Positions 19,683 through 29,260 of a DNA stretch of 64,000 nucleotides are shown here, one piece after another. The notes under the pieces are model-generated. The model was not told the DNA's origin and made no database searches. It worked only from the letters and a program-made list of their open reading frames with translations. The stretch comes from Planctomycetota bacterium. GTDB taxonomy: Bacteria > Planctomycetota > UBA1135 > GCA-002748355. Positions within the stretch are counted from its first letter, which is position 1; the number at the start of each line of letters is the position of its first letter. Both the position numbers and the translations under genes were made by a program. The stretch lies in contig PDSF01000046.1 of assembly GCA_002748355.1 (NCBI GenBank), positions 204-64,203 of the forward strand, read 5' to 3'.

Positions 19683-20464
19683 GCACACTCAGCCCCGCAG
19701 TCAGCTCCAAAGCCACTACCGATAAGCAAACGGTCACGGCCATCGGCTTGACCAAACAGTACGCTGGCAGCCACCACCCGGCTGTCGAAGACATCAGCTT
19801 CTTCGCCAATGCCGGTGAAGTGCTGGTGATGCTCGGACCTAACGGAGCAGGCAAAACAACGACTTTGCGTATGCTCGCGACCATTCTTGAGCCGACACTC
19901 GGGACCGCGGTCATCCTTGGAAACGACGTTCGCCGCGACGCCGTCGAAGTACGCAAACAGCTGGGGTTCCTATCTCCTAATACCCGCCTTCACCCAGATC
20001 TCAGCATCGAGGAGACGCTACGCTTTTTTGGTCGCGTTCACGGACTGAAAGGACTCGATCTTGATGAAGCCATCGAACGATCTCTACGTCACTTCGACCT
20101 CATCGAGGAGCGCGACAAACACATAGGCGCACTGTCGACCGGCATGGCACAGCGAGCCAACCTTGCCCGCACAATGCTGCACGACCCGCAGCTGCTGATC
20201 CTCGACGAGCCAACGTCCGGGCTCGACATCATGGCCTCCTCTGCCGTTCTTGCCTTCATCGAGGATGCACGCGCTCGCGGCAAGACAGTTCTACTATCGA
20301 CCCACTCGATCCTCGAAGCCGAACAACTCGGCGATCGTATCGCCGTAATCTCTCAAGGACGTATCCGCGGCTTCGGTACGCCGGAAGAGATCATGCAGGA
20401 GACGGGCGAGAGCTTGCTTGAGAACAGCTACCTCGAACTACTGCGGAGAGGATTCGATCTCTGA
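19679..20464 (+). CDS. ABC transporter ATP-binding protein
   Basis: Walker A GPNGAGKTT, signature LSTGMAQR, Walker B LLILDEPTSGLD. Confidence 0.9.
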   Translation: MSTLSPAVSSKATTDKQTVTAIGLTKQYAGSHHPAVEDISFFANAGEVLVMLGPNGAGKTTTLRMLATILEPTLGTAVILGNDVRRDAVEVRKQLGFLSPNTRLHPDLSIEETLRFFGRVHGLKGLDLDEAIERSLRHFDLIEERDKHIGALSTGMAQRANLARTMLHDPQLLILDEPTSGLDIMASSAVLAFIEDARARGKTVLLSTHSILEAEQLGDRIAVISQGRIRGFGTPEEIMQETGESLLENSYLELLRRGFDL

Positions 20465-22275
20465 TGCAAGCCGGCAAAAGCAGCTTCATCGTCACGTGGC
20501 TTGGCAACGAGCTCCGGCTTTTTATCCGGCGTCCCCGCTTCGTAATCGCCATCATCGTCCTTCCAGTCCTCGTCCTGCCGCTGCTCCTGCAACTCGCACT
20601 GGCCATGCAGCCCGGCACAAGGCAGCACGAATTCGTCCGCATCGGCACCCATGGTGATGGACCAAGTCTCAACAGAATCACCAAGCATATGCCTTCAACG
20701 CTCTGGACTCAGGCAGGTCACCGCACCGCACTGATCGCAGCAGAAGTCGATGCAACCCTCACTCTCTCCCCCGAAACACAACGATACGATCTGAGCTACG
20801 TGCCCGAACGCCCTCGATCCGTCCGAGCACTCCTAGCGGCCCTGGATGCAACGGACGCCCTCGGCATCCCATGCGAGCAGGCTCTCAACAACCAAAACCA
20901 AGATCAGGTTTTGGTCGTCGTCGACCGTTCGCGACAGATCCCTAGACCGCAGCTAGCACTCTTCGGACTCTTTGCCGCCCTGGCCTCCATCGCAACAATC
21001 GCACTCAGTCTCATCGAAACCCACACGCGCGACCGGCATCTGCGGCTCACCGAAACGATGCAGACTCTGCCCATCAGCGCACGGCAAATGGAACTCGCCC
21101 GAGCAGCAACCCTGGCAGTCATCGGCACATTCGCCGTCCTGGGCTTTTCCGTCTCCGCGAGCATCCTCCAGCAGTTGTTCCATGCCTCTTCTGTTCGGGT
21201 TCCCTGGCCACAGCTCATACGCTCGACCTGGATCGTCTTGCTCATGGCGATCTCGGTACTCTCTCTACTGCACGCGATCGTCTTACGCTTACGTAGCTCA
21301 ATAGCAGCAGAAGCACCCATTCTCTTGCTCGTCCCCCTTTTGATCGGGGCCTTTGCCCTGGGAGCGATAAAGCTTGAGATTTCGCCGTGGGTGGCCGCAC
21401 TCATTCCTTTTCTTGGATCAGGACGACTGCTTGCCCTCGGCTCAGAAATAACGTTACCGATTCTGGCCATGCATCTGCTCCCCACTGCCCTACTCGTAGC
21501 CTTTGCCACGAGGCCCCTTACCAAACGGCAAGCGGGCGGATTCGAAGAGCACAGGGCAAGAAACAGCGACCTCATAGCCCTCTTCACCGTCACCTGGCTG
21601 CTCGGATTTGCCCTTTGCGGCCTTTTTCGTGAACAGGCCCTGCCGTGGAAAGTGAGCGCAGCTCTTGGCATCGGACTGCTGCTTCCGGCGCTGCTCTTCC
21701 TCTGGAGGAATCGGAGGACGCAAAACCCCATTCCCGTTACCGAACGCCGCAACCCTCTCGGTATCTTGCCTAGCCTCGGAGTCAGTATCTGCGCCGCCCT
21801 GCTCCTCACCGGCCTGGCACCGATGCTCCATTCCTGGACGAATGCAGCGATTGGCAGCATCCCCGAAGCCAACGCCACTTTCACCGGAGCGTTGCTGGTG
21901 TTGCTCATCGTTGCACCCGCATTGGTAGAAGAGTTCGTTTTCCGCGGCATTCTGCTGAAGCGCTTGCAGCAGCACGGCCCCTTCGCAGCTCTGATGATCA
22001 GCGCCAGTGTCTTCGCCCTACATCAATACCATGTAGCCAAGCTCCCATTGAGCTTCCTCTCTGGCTTGGTCTTCGGCCTAGTATTCCTCCGAACCCGCTC
22101 CTGGATACACGCAACCCTGTCCCACATGATCTTCAGCGCACTAACGCTCTTGGGAATCTCGGCGAAGCTGGGCTCCATGAGTGGCCTAGCCCTGGTTATC
22201 GCAGCAGCGGCCGCCCTCACCCTCATCAATCAACGTGAACGCGCAAGCCGCCACAGCGCATCTTTGACGACCTGA
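20464..22275 (+). CDS. ABC-2 permease fused to a CPBP (CAAX/Abi) intramembrane protease domain
   Basis: The N-terminal ~400 aa resemble the first permease (IVTWLGNELRLFIRRPRFVIAIIVLPVLV). The C-terminal ~200 aa carry CPBP motifs: VEEFVFRGILL (EExxxR), SVFALHQYH (FxxxH) and a later H in SHMIFS. The start overlaps the ATPase stop (TGATG). Confidence 0.7.
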   Translation: MQAGKSSFIVTWLGNELRLFIRRPRFVIAIIVLPVLVLPLLLQLALAMQPGTRQHEFVRIGTHGDGPSLNRITKHMPSTLWTQAGHRTALIAAEVDATLTLSPETQRYDLSYVPERPRSVRALLAALDATDALGIPCEQALNNQNQDQVLVVVDRSRQIPRPQLALFGLFAALASIATIALSLIETHTRDRHLRLTETMQTLPISARQMELARAATLAVIGTFAVLGFSVSASILQQLFHASSVRVPWPQLIRSTWIVLLMAISVLSLLHAIVLRLRSSIAAEAPILLLVPLLIGAFALGAIKLEISPWVAALIPFLGSGRLLALGSEITLPILAMHLLPTALLVAFATRPLTKRQAGGFEEHRARNSDLIALFTVTWLLGFALCGLFREQALPWKVSAALGIGLLLPALLFLWRNRRTQNPIPVTERRNPLGILPSLGVSICAALLLTGLAPMLHSWTNAAIGSIPEANATFTGALLVLLIVAPALVEEFVFRGILLKRLQQHGPFAALMISASVFALHQYHVAKLPLSFLSGLVFGLVFLRTRSWIHATLSHMIFSALTLLGISAKLGSMSGLALVIAAAAALTLINQRERASRHSASLTT

Positions 22276-22278
22276 TCC

Positions 22279-22908
22279 ATGCTCTTCACCATCCTCCAGA
22301 CCGGACTCGGTCCAATCGACCGCTGGCTGGAGAGGCTGGGTGATAGTGCCCCCATCGACCTCGTCATCACCTTCGCCTACTTCGCTTGCGCTTGGCTTGG
22401 CTGGCGTGCCTCCCGCAGCGAAGACCGCAGTAGCACGGAGAGCGTCGCCCAACTCTTGCGCTGGCTTGCAATCAGCCTCATCGCACTGGGCATCAACAAG
22501 CAGCTCGACCTCCAAATACTGCTGACTCAGTCCGGACGTTGGCTGGCATGGCACCAGGGTTGGTACGGCGAGCGCCGCAGCGTACAGCTCGCCTTCCTGA
22601 TCCTCGTCGCCCTAGCTTCGACCGGGCTGCTCCTATGGGCCTTACTACGCCTGCAGCCCCACCTTCAACGAGGAAAAGGCCTACGCTGGACGCTCACGGG
22701 CTTCGCACTGCTCATCGCCTTCGTCATGATGCGCGCCGCATCTTTCCACCACCTCGACCGCGTCCTTTCCTGGTCTCCGGGAGTATTTGCCCTCCACAAA
22801 TTCCTTGAGCTAGGCGCCACCATCCTCCTCGCTGCCGGACTGTGGCGGCGACTACGCTGGAACCAACAAAGTGCTGCAGGCCGGGTTCAGCAGGGCGCAA
22901 AGCCATAG
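22279..22908 (+). CDS. Hypothetical polytopic membrane protein
   Basis: 209-aa ORF starting 3 nt after the fusion gene. It has about 5 hydrophobic helices and no known motif. Confidence 0.55.
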   Translation: MLFTILQTGLGPIDRWLERLGDSAPIDLVITFAYFACAWLGWRASRSEDRSSTESVAQLLRWLAISLIALGINKQLDLQILLTQSGRWLAWHQGWYGERRSVQLAFLILVALASTGLLLWALLRLQPHLQRGKGLRWTLTGFALLIAFVMMRAASFHHLDRVLSWSPGVFALHKFLELGATILLAAGLWRRLRWNQQSAAGRVQQGAKP

Positions 22909-23010
22909 ACTTAGCACTGCAGCAACAGCTCAGAGACTAAGCTATACCCCCTCGGGTGAACGCGAAGACTTGAGCCCTAGCTCACCAGGCCATAAGAGAG
23001 AGAATTGCTC

Positions 23011-23532
23011 TCAGTTAATCCCAAGCACCACGGCCCGGCTTGAGAGGTGAGCAGCCGAAAAACGAGTATCGGGATCTGCAGGGCTCTGCTTTACGCCATA
23101 GGAATACACAGTGCTCATCTTGACCGTACTCGGGTAGCCCTGCCCAATCTTGACTTCAACGGCATCCGTCAAGACAAACAATGGCCGGATCGGCAAGGCC
23201 GATCGAAGCACAGCAGCTTGAAAGGTAAGCTTGCAACCCACCATCTTGTTATCCGAAGGGATACGGCCGAAGTCGAACGCCACCCGACCCCCCTGGCCAG
23301 CTCCGCTGAACCCCACCAAGATGACATCCGGATTGACATGCAGTAAGCAGAGGTGATCGGACTGCACAATATTTGGATTACGCGACCCCAAAAACCCAAG
23401 AACCGGCACCTTCGGTTCACCAGTATCGCAGTAGAAGTAGGCATCAGCACCAGGCCATAGCAGGGTCGCAACAGGAGGCTTCGAGCGCATCGAGCAGGCA
23501 CCACCGAGAGGCTCAGTCCACCCCCCATCCAA
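23011..23532 (-). CDS. Hypothetical protein (start uncertain)
   Basis: The only long ORF in this interval. No signal peptide and no motif recognised. Composition looks somewhat AT-richer than the core genes. Confidence 0.4.
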   Translation of the reverse strand: MDGGWTEPLGGACSMRSKPPVATLLWPGADAYFYCDTGEPKVPVLGFLGSRNPNIVQSDHLCLLHVNPDVILVGFSGAGQGGRVAFDFGRIPSDNKMVGCKLTFQAAVLRSALPIRPLFVLTDAVEVKIGQGYPSTVKMSTVYSYGVKQSPADPDTRFSAAHLSSRAVVLGIN

Positions 23533-23812
23533 AACTCCCTCCTGATACTCGGCGTCGACATACCACAGCCCGTCTTGGCGCGCACGAAAAACAAAAGGCC
23601 CCCTCGGAACGGGTAAGGAGTGGCGGGGGAGGAACTCGTCGTTTCGATCCCTACGCCCCCAGACTCGGACCTAGCCTGCCGAAGCCCAGGGATCCCTATC
23701 TACTATGGTTTGAACAAGAAATCGCCAGATCTCGAGGGGACACATGGGAAGCCCAAGGCACAAGCAATCGGAGAAGCGGGTCCCCATACCGGCTGCAGCC
23801 GCCTTCCGAGGG

Positions 23813-24682
23813 CTACCAGCGCAAGCAAGCGAGCCTCAGATCAGCCACCTCACGAAAACCAGCAGCTTTGTAGGCGCTCAGAGCTGGGCCATTGCTCCGG
23901 CTGCAGTGCAGGCCGATGCACTGATGCGCAGGGATGCCATAAGCGCAAACCTGCATGAGAAGACTCTGAGCAAAGCCCCGGCCCCGAAAGCCGCGATCGG
24001 TAAACACCCCTTCGACCAAGATCCCCGCAGGACCACAGCTACCAAGCTCTAGCTTGGACACTGGCTTTCCAGCAAAGTCGAGCACCCAGCTCTGCCCCGC
24101 AGCGATACGATCCTCGACTCGCCGCCGGAGCAAGCCCCGATGCACAGTAGCCGACTGGATATCGAGGTCCTCCTCGTTGAGTTCGAGGTTGGCGAGACTG
24201 AGCCAAGCGGCGTCCTTCTGACACGCCGGACGCACTCGGGCATCTAAGGATGGCGTTCGCGCCGGAGCGTCATAAACCAGGAAGGGCTGAGAACGATTCA
24301 TCGTCACCGTGCTGCGGCTGGCAAGGCGAGCCAAGAGCGCGACGCCAAGCTCGCGCTCGGCAATCACTAGCCGAAAGCTTCCGACCGCCCCCAGAGCGAA
24401 GCGGGCCAGCTCGGCGGCGTCGTCGGCACAGCCGCCACCGACAACAAGCACGCCAAGCCGAGAAAAGAGAGCCAGCGCTCGGAGCCCATTCTCGACGAAG
24501 ACCCCAAGGTAGTCTCCGGTATACGGCGCCTCATCGTCTCCTGCTAATCGCCGCAGCTCGACCGCCATCTGGTTACGCAAGTAAAGGTTCTGAGCTGGCG
24601 CCAGCAGGGGATCGGCAAAGGCCTCTTGCAGCTCATCCGAACTCAACATCCGTGCATGCGGGACAGGACTCGACGCACTCAC
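23813..24682 (-). CDS. GNAT family N-acetyltransferase with N-terminal extension
   Basis: The C-terminal acetyl-CoA motif RGFRGRGFAQSLL (R/Q-x-x-G-x-G/A) sits in a GNAT-like context. The start overlaps the methyltransferase stop by 4 nt. Confidence 0.7.
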   Translation of the reverse strand: MSASSPVPHARMLSSDELQEAFADPLLAPAQNLYLRNQMAVELRRLAGDDEAPYTGDYLGVFVENGLRALALFSRLGVLVVGGGCADDAAELARFALGAVGSFRLVIAERELGVALLARLASRSTVTMNRSQPFLVYDAPARTPSLDARVRPACQKDAAWLSLANLELNEEDLDIQSATVHRGLLRRRVEDRIAAGQSWVLDFAGKPVSKLELGSCGPAGILVEGVFTDRGFRGRGFAQSLLMQVCAYGIPAHQCIGLHCSRSNGPALSAYKAAGFREVADLRLACLRW

Positions 24683-25920
24683 GATTCATCCTTGTGTAGG
24701 ACGATCATCCGTTGGGTATTGGTCCCCTTGTTGTTGTTATCTACTCCCCAGCAATTAGCGGTTTTAGTGAAATCCTGAACCTGAATAGCAACACAAATCG
24801 GATCGAACCCAGCAACGATCGCGACAGGCAAGGCATACTCTTCGAGTCGCACGGTCCCGCGCTTGACCTCTCCAACCTCGAAGACCACGTGCCCTCCAGG
24901 CCGAGTCACCCGGTAGAGTTCCTCAAAGACCTGCCCCATCACCGCAGACCAGGCCTCAACGCTACGTAGCGCTTTGATCTTGGCGGCCACGCGTTCGGGG
25001 TCGATGCCGTTGAACCAACAACGCAGCCAGTTGTCACCGGCATAGTTGATAACGTCTAGAAATGGGGGCGACGTAATCGTGCAGTCGACGCTCCCGTCCT
25101 CGAAGGGCAATACCTCGGAGGCATCTCCAACCTCAAGCCTGGAAAGAGGCTGTACCTGCTCAAGGCGGCGACGCTGCTCTAGATCGAGGCTGCGTAGCAG
25201 GCTGCGTGTTTTTTTTTGGATTATCTCCGGCAGCTTACGCCGCGGTGGCTTTTCGCCGTTTCGTTCGTTGAGCTTACGTTGCGTCTCAATACTGACCGCC
25301 TGGTTCGGCGGCATCGTCCGACCCGAGAAAAAGCCAGACGAATGCCCGGTCAATCGGTTGGTCGCAACCATACGTAGCCAACGGTCGACGTGATCCGTAT
25401 CGTCGGCCCGCTCCTGGAACCAATGGCGCAGTCGCCGCAGCTCCGAGAGAGTTTTCTCTTCATAAAAGGGACTCAGGTCCGGCTCCCCCTGCACCTTCTC
25501 AGTGATGACCGGCTCCCGCTCGATACGTCGAAGCCGATCCTCGACCTCATGAAGCACAGGTGGGGCGAGCCTCGGAGCCACTAAAACCTGCGATAGCGGA
25601 TTGAGGTCGAGACCCCAAGGAACACGGCCGCGGAGCGCAGCTTCGACAAGTGTCGTGCCTCGCCCCATGAACGGATCAAGCACGACATCCTGCGGCTTAC
25701 TCAGGCGCGAAAGCCAGAAAGCCGGGAGTTCTCCCTTAAAGCAAGCCCGATAACTGATCTCATGCAGTGAGTGCCCCTGCCGTTGCTGCGCACCCCACCA
25801 TTCGTTGGAAATACGAGGAACCCGATATCCACCTATTTCGATTTCCTCGACCTGTGCTTCTGGCGCGAAAAGAGAGCTGCGACACCCCATCAAGTCCGCG
25901 AGCAATTCGCCTGCCTTCAC
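24679..25920 (-). CDS. DNA methyltransferase (N4-cytosine/N6-adenine type)
   Basis: AdoMet motif VVLDPFMGRGTT (nt 25651-25677) and catalytic TSPPF (nt 25060-25071). The motif order is I then IV, with about 190 aa between them. There are 4-nt overlaps with both neighbouring genes. Confidence 0.8.
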   Translation of the reverse strand: MKAGELLADLMGCRSSLFAPEAQVEEIEIGGYRVPRISNEWWGAQQRQGHSLHEISYRACFKGELPAFWLSRLSKPQDVVLDPFMGRGTTLVEAALRGRVPWGLDLNPLSQVLVAPRLAPPVLHEVEDRLRRIEREPVITEKVQGEPDLSPFYEEKTLSELRRLRHWFQERADDTDHVDRWLRMVATNRLTGHSSGFFSGRTMPPNQAVSIETQRKLNERNGEKPPRRKLPEIIQKKTRSLLRSLDLEQRRRLEQVQPLSRLEVGDASEVLPFEDGSVDCTITSPPFLDVINYAGDNWLRCWFNGIDPERVAAKIKALRSVEAWSAVMGQVFEELYRVTRPGGHVVFEVGEVKRGTVRLEEYALPVAIVAGFDPICVAIQVQDFTKTANCWGVDNNNKGTNTQRMIVLHKDES

Positions 25921-26888
25921 CGAGCGAGCTCCGTCGACGCGAAAACGGGCCCTTCACAACAGGTCTTGACGTAACGCTTACCGGCAAAACGGCCCTCTCC
26001 CTTTACCTCCACTGAGCAGCCATTACAGACCCCATAGCCACAGGCCATGTAAGTCTCAAGGCTGACGTAACAAGGCACAGCACGCTCGGCGCAATCCCGG
26101 GCGACCGCTTGCATCATCGCATCTGGGCCGCAGCAGTAGACAGGGGCCTGGCCATCGATAAGGCCATCGCGGGCAAGGCAGCGGTAGAGGTCAAGAACGT
26201 TGCCATGGAAGCCGAGGCTGCCGTCATCGGTCGAAAGGTGGAAGGATTGAGCCGCCTCCTCGAAGTAATCATGGCCAACCACGGCCTCTGCTGTCGCTCC
26301 GCCGTAGAGCATGGGCACGGGAGCACGGCCCTCAGCCTGCCGCTCCCTGCACCAAAGCAAAAACGGCGCGAGCCCAACACCACCCGCGATACATACCGGC
26401 TCTCGCACAGCGGACTCGTTACCGGGAATATCCTGCGGCTGCGGGAAGCCGCTACCCAACGGGCCCGTGACCTTAATCTCGGCCCCAACCCCAGCCTCGA
26501 CCAGAGCCTGGGTTCCCGGCCCCAGCACCTTGAGGAAGAAGCTGGCCCAAGACTCCTGGATATCGAAGTAGCTGAAGGGGCGCGGCAACTGCACCGGCCA
26601 GCCCGTCGGCAAGGAAAGCATCACGAACTGCCCAGGCCTTACGCCTTCAAAGGCGCCCTCGAGGTGCAGCACGTAGTTGTTCGCGCCGAGCGCGTCGATC
26701 TGAGTCGTGGTATGGAGCCGGCTTTGCAAAATGCCTCCTGCGAATCCCGGTGTCGGCCGGAAGGATAGCGCCGAGCCTTGGCGCAGCGAGAACTTGCAGC
26801 GATCTCGCCCCGTCGGCGGACCCGCCTGTGCTCCCCAGCGCCCATGGAGCAGCGATTCAGCCCTCAAACAATCGCGTGACTTTTTCAA
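25917..26888 (-). CDS. PyrK-like FAD/NAD(P)-binding 2Fe-2S oxidoreductase (dihydroorotate dehydrogenase electron-transfer subunit family)
   Basis: RPFS FAD motif, GGVGLAP NAD-binding motif and a C-terminal cluster CGYGVCNGCSV...CCEGPVF. The true start may lie downstream of the first ATG, because the first ~60 aa are not family-like. Confidence 0.75.
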   Translation of the reverse strand: MKKSRDCLRAESLLHGRWGAQAGPPTGRDRCKFSLRQGSALSFRPTPGFAGGILQSRLHTTTQIDALGANNYVLHLEGAFEGVRPGQFVMLSLPTGWPVQLPRPFSYFDIQESWASFFLKVLGPGTQALVEAGVGAEIKVTGPLGSGFPQPQDIPGNESAVREPVCIAGGVGLAPFLLWCRERQAEGRAPVPMLYGGATAEAVVGHDYFEEAAQSFHLSTDDGSLGFHGNVLDLYRCLARDGLIDGQAPVYCCGPDAMMQAVARDCAERAVPCYVSLETYMACGYGVCNGCSVEVKGEGRFAGKRYVKTCCEGPVFASTELAR

Positions 26889-26951
26889 CAGCCAGGCAGG
26901 TCTGATAGAACCTCGCGCCCGTTTTCCTATCGCTCCAACTCGTAGCTCTCC

Positions 26952-27557
26952 ATGTCGGCACTCCTCTGGATCAGTTCACCGCTCGTAGGCGCGGCCATCG
27001 GCTACGTCACGAACACGCTCGCAGTCACGATGCTCTTCCGGCCGCATGAGCCAAAGCGCTTCCTGTTCTTCACCGCGCACGGACTCATCCCAAAGCGCCA
27101 AGGCGACCTCGCCAAAAAGATCGGCGAACTCGTAGGGCAACACCTAGTCGGGCACGAGGACCTGATTCGGGCTTTCGACGCGATCGATCTCGAGGCCGCG
27201 CTCGGACGACTGCTAGATAAGGCGTTGGAACAGAAGCTCGGGGAACTACGCGCGATGCCACTGATCGGCAGCTTCCTGAGCCCTGAGCGGATCGGAGGCT
27301 TGCGAGATGGGCTGGTGAAGGCCGTACTCGAGCACCGCGAGGAGCTACTCGCAGAAATCGAAAAGGCTCTCGAAGAGAAGCTCGACGTCAGCAGCGTGGT
27401 CCAGCAAAAGGTGCAGGAGTTCTCAACACGAGAACTCGAGGCGATGATCTTGTCGGTCGCACGAAGCGAACTCCGTGCGATCGAGATTTGGGGGGCGATC
27501 CTCGGAGCAGTGATCGGGCTCCTGCAAGCTGTGCTGGCAACGACCCTCCTGGCTTGA
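26952..27557 (+). CDS. DUF445-like membrane protein
   Basis: The N-terminal GYVTNTLAVTMLFRP motif and a C-terminal TM helix are recalled as typical of DUF445/YheB-type proteins. Confidence 0.6.
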   Translation: MSALLWISSPLVGAAIGYVTNTLAVTMLFRPHEPKRFLFFTAHGLIPKRQGDLAKKIGELVGQHLVGHEDLIRAFDAIDLEAALGRLLDKALEQKLGELRAMPLIGSFLSPERIGGLRDGLVKAVLEHREELLAEIEKALEEKLDVSSVVQQKVQEFSTRELEAMILSVARSELRAIEIWGAILGAVIGLLQAVLATTLLA

Positions 27558-27760
27558 CAGCAGGGCTCGCCCCAAGCGAGCTCCCCGCCACCCTTTCGGT
27601 TAGCAGCCGCAGCCACCCGGAAGAAGGCCTTGGGATCCTCACCACCCGGCGGCGCTCTGCCTCCCATGCAAAGGCAGCCTGAGGCCAGCATCAAGCCTGC
27701 CATCAGCGCATTTCGATCCAAAGGCTCGGAGAACTCCCGGCAACCCGGGAGAGCACGTCG

Positions 27761-29260
27761 ATGCCGAGCCGCCATCCTATACTCGCCCTGCTGGTCGGCT
27801 CCTGCCTCTGGCTCGTGGGGTGCGCGAACGAGGGGCTGGAGCCCGGCCCCAGCTACGCTCTAAGCAAGGAACTGGCACTCACTGCCCAAGAAGCTGCTAC
27901 CTTGCTTGCCGAACTCACCGCACGAGAGTTCGATCAGTTCCGCAGCGATGAAGTGACCCCTCTCAGTCGCGCCGAACGGGAGAGCAGCGAGTCCTACCGG
28001 ATCTACTACCAAAGCGGTAACGGTGGCGGGTTCGAAGCTTTGGCCAACGTGGAGCTCGCACGCCAACGCTTCCTCTCCGCAGGCTCTGCACCACTGCTCA
28101 AACCACTCGCGAGTTCTCCGCTGGGAAAGATCCGCGAGCGCCCCCTGCATCGAGCGATTGCCCCGCACGGAGGCTCTAGATTCGTGATCGACGCTCGAAT
28201 CAAAGGGATAGGGCACGGCCACTGCAGAGTAGATCTACGGTGCACCGGCTCCGTGCTAGGCACATCCAAGGACCGCAGCCAGCGATGGATCGACACCCTG
28301 CAGCTCTGCGCAGGGATTCGCAGCGCCATACTCGACCTGCACCGAGGTGAGAGAAATCGATCCCAAAGCCGGCTAGAGCGAGCCCTGCAACGCCATCGCC
28401 TTACTCGCGGCAGTATCGCTCTCGATCTAGAAGCGATCGCTTTCGGGCTGCTGGCGCGCATCCAGGCGGAACAAGGCGAGTGGAATGCCGCCGAAACGGC
28501 ATGTAGCCACGCACAACTCCTGGCGCCGTGGTCGGCCGAACTCCACGAACTCCGATCTCGGATTGCAGGACGCCTCGGAGATCGAAAGGAGCTGGCCCGT
28601 TCGACCTGGCGGGCACAAGTATTCAAGGGGCCAGAAAACATCCAAATCCGGACACGCCTGGCAAAAACCGACTCGTGGTATGGCACGTGTTTGCAGGAGT
28701 CGCACGCCGCTCTCGCACAAAGAGATTACATCTCGGCGCGATCCTGGGCTGAACGCGCCCAAAACGAGTGCCCCGACCAACAAGAGGCTCCATTGCTTCT
28801 CGCCCGGATCGAGGCCCATAAAGGCCATTTCGAAGCGGCCCGTAACCTGCTCCTCTCCCAGATCCAAAGACAAGGCCCCGAAGAAGAACTGCTGCTCGAT
28901 CTATCCCAGTTCGAGGGCCAACTCGGCAATGAGGAAACCGCCATCCGCATCCTCCTGCGATATAGCAAGCGTTTCCCTGGACTCCTCACCCGTGCCAGAC
29001 TTCGCAGCCCCCAGGGCGCCGAGTCGATCCTGCGATACGCCCAGATGCTCCGATCCGAAAGCCTCACGAGCGACAGCCAGTTGTGGCTCTCTGAATGGAA
29101 GCACATTGTCGAAAACGCCAAGGACAGGCCGCTGTCCAAGCTCATTGGGCTCGAAGGAAAGAATAAGAGCACGAAAGACCGAAGAGCACGCGAGCCCTAT
29201 CACCGGAACACGGGCCCAGGAATTCACCCATCAGAGTCATGGGCTAGCCCAAGTCGCTAA
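27761..29260 (+). CDS. TPR-like lipoprotein
   Basis: MPSRHPILALLVGSCLWLVGC lipobox. The remainder is helical-repeat rich. Confidence 0.6.
   Translation: MPSRHPILALLVGSCLWLVGCANEGLEPGPSYALSKELALTAQEAATLLAELTAREFDQFRSDEVTPLSRAERESSESYRIYYQSGNGGGFEALANVELARQRFLSAGSAPLLKPLASSPLGKIRERPLHRAIAPHGGSRFVIDARIKGIGHGHCRVDLRCTGSVLGTSKDRSQRWIDTLQLCAGIRSAILDLHRGERNRSQSRLERALQRHRLTRGSIALDLEAIAFGLLARIQAEQGEWNAAETACSHAQLLAPWSAELHELRSRIAGRLGDRKELARSTWRAQVFKGPENIQIRTRLAKTDSWYGTCLQESHAALAQRDYISARSWAERAQNECPDQQEAPLLLARIEAHKGHFEAARNLLLSQIQRQGPEEELLLDLSQFEGQLGNEETAIRILLRYSKRFPGLLTRARLRSPQGAESILRYAQMLRSESLTSDSQLWLSEWKHIVENAKDRPLSKLIGLEGKNKSTKDRRAREPYHRNTGPGIHPSESWASPSR

Noticed and set aside
23641-23661. gtttcgatccctacgccccca resembles a tRNA T-loop plus 3' acceptor end. 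I considered it as a tRNA gene or an att-site remnant marking an island boundary next to the AT-richer methyltransferase region.
   Set aside because: The flanking sequence cannot form the T-stem, D-arm or anticodon arm on either strand. No integrase or matching direct repeat was found. A ~20-nt resemblance is too weak.
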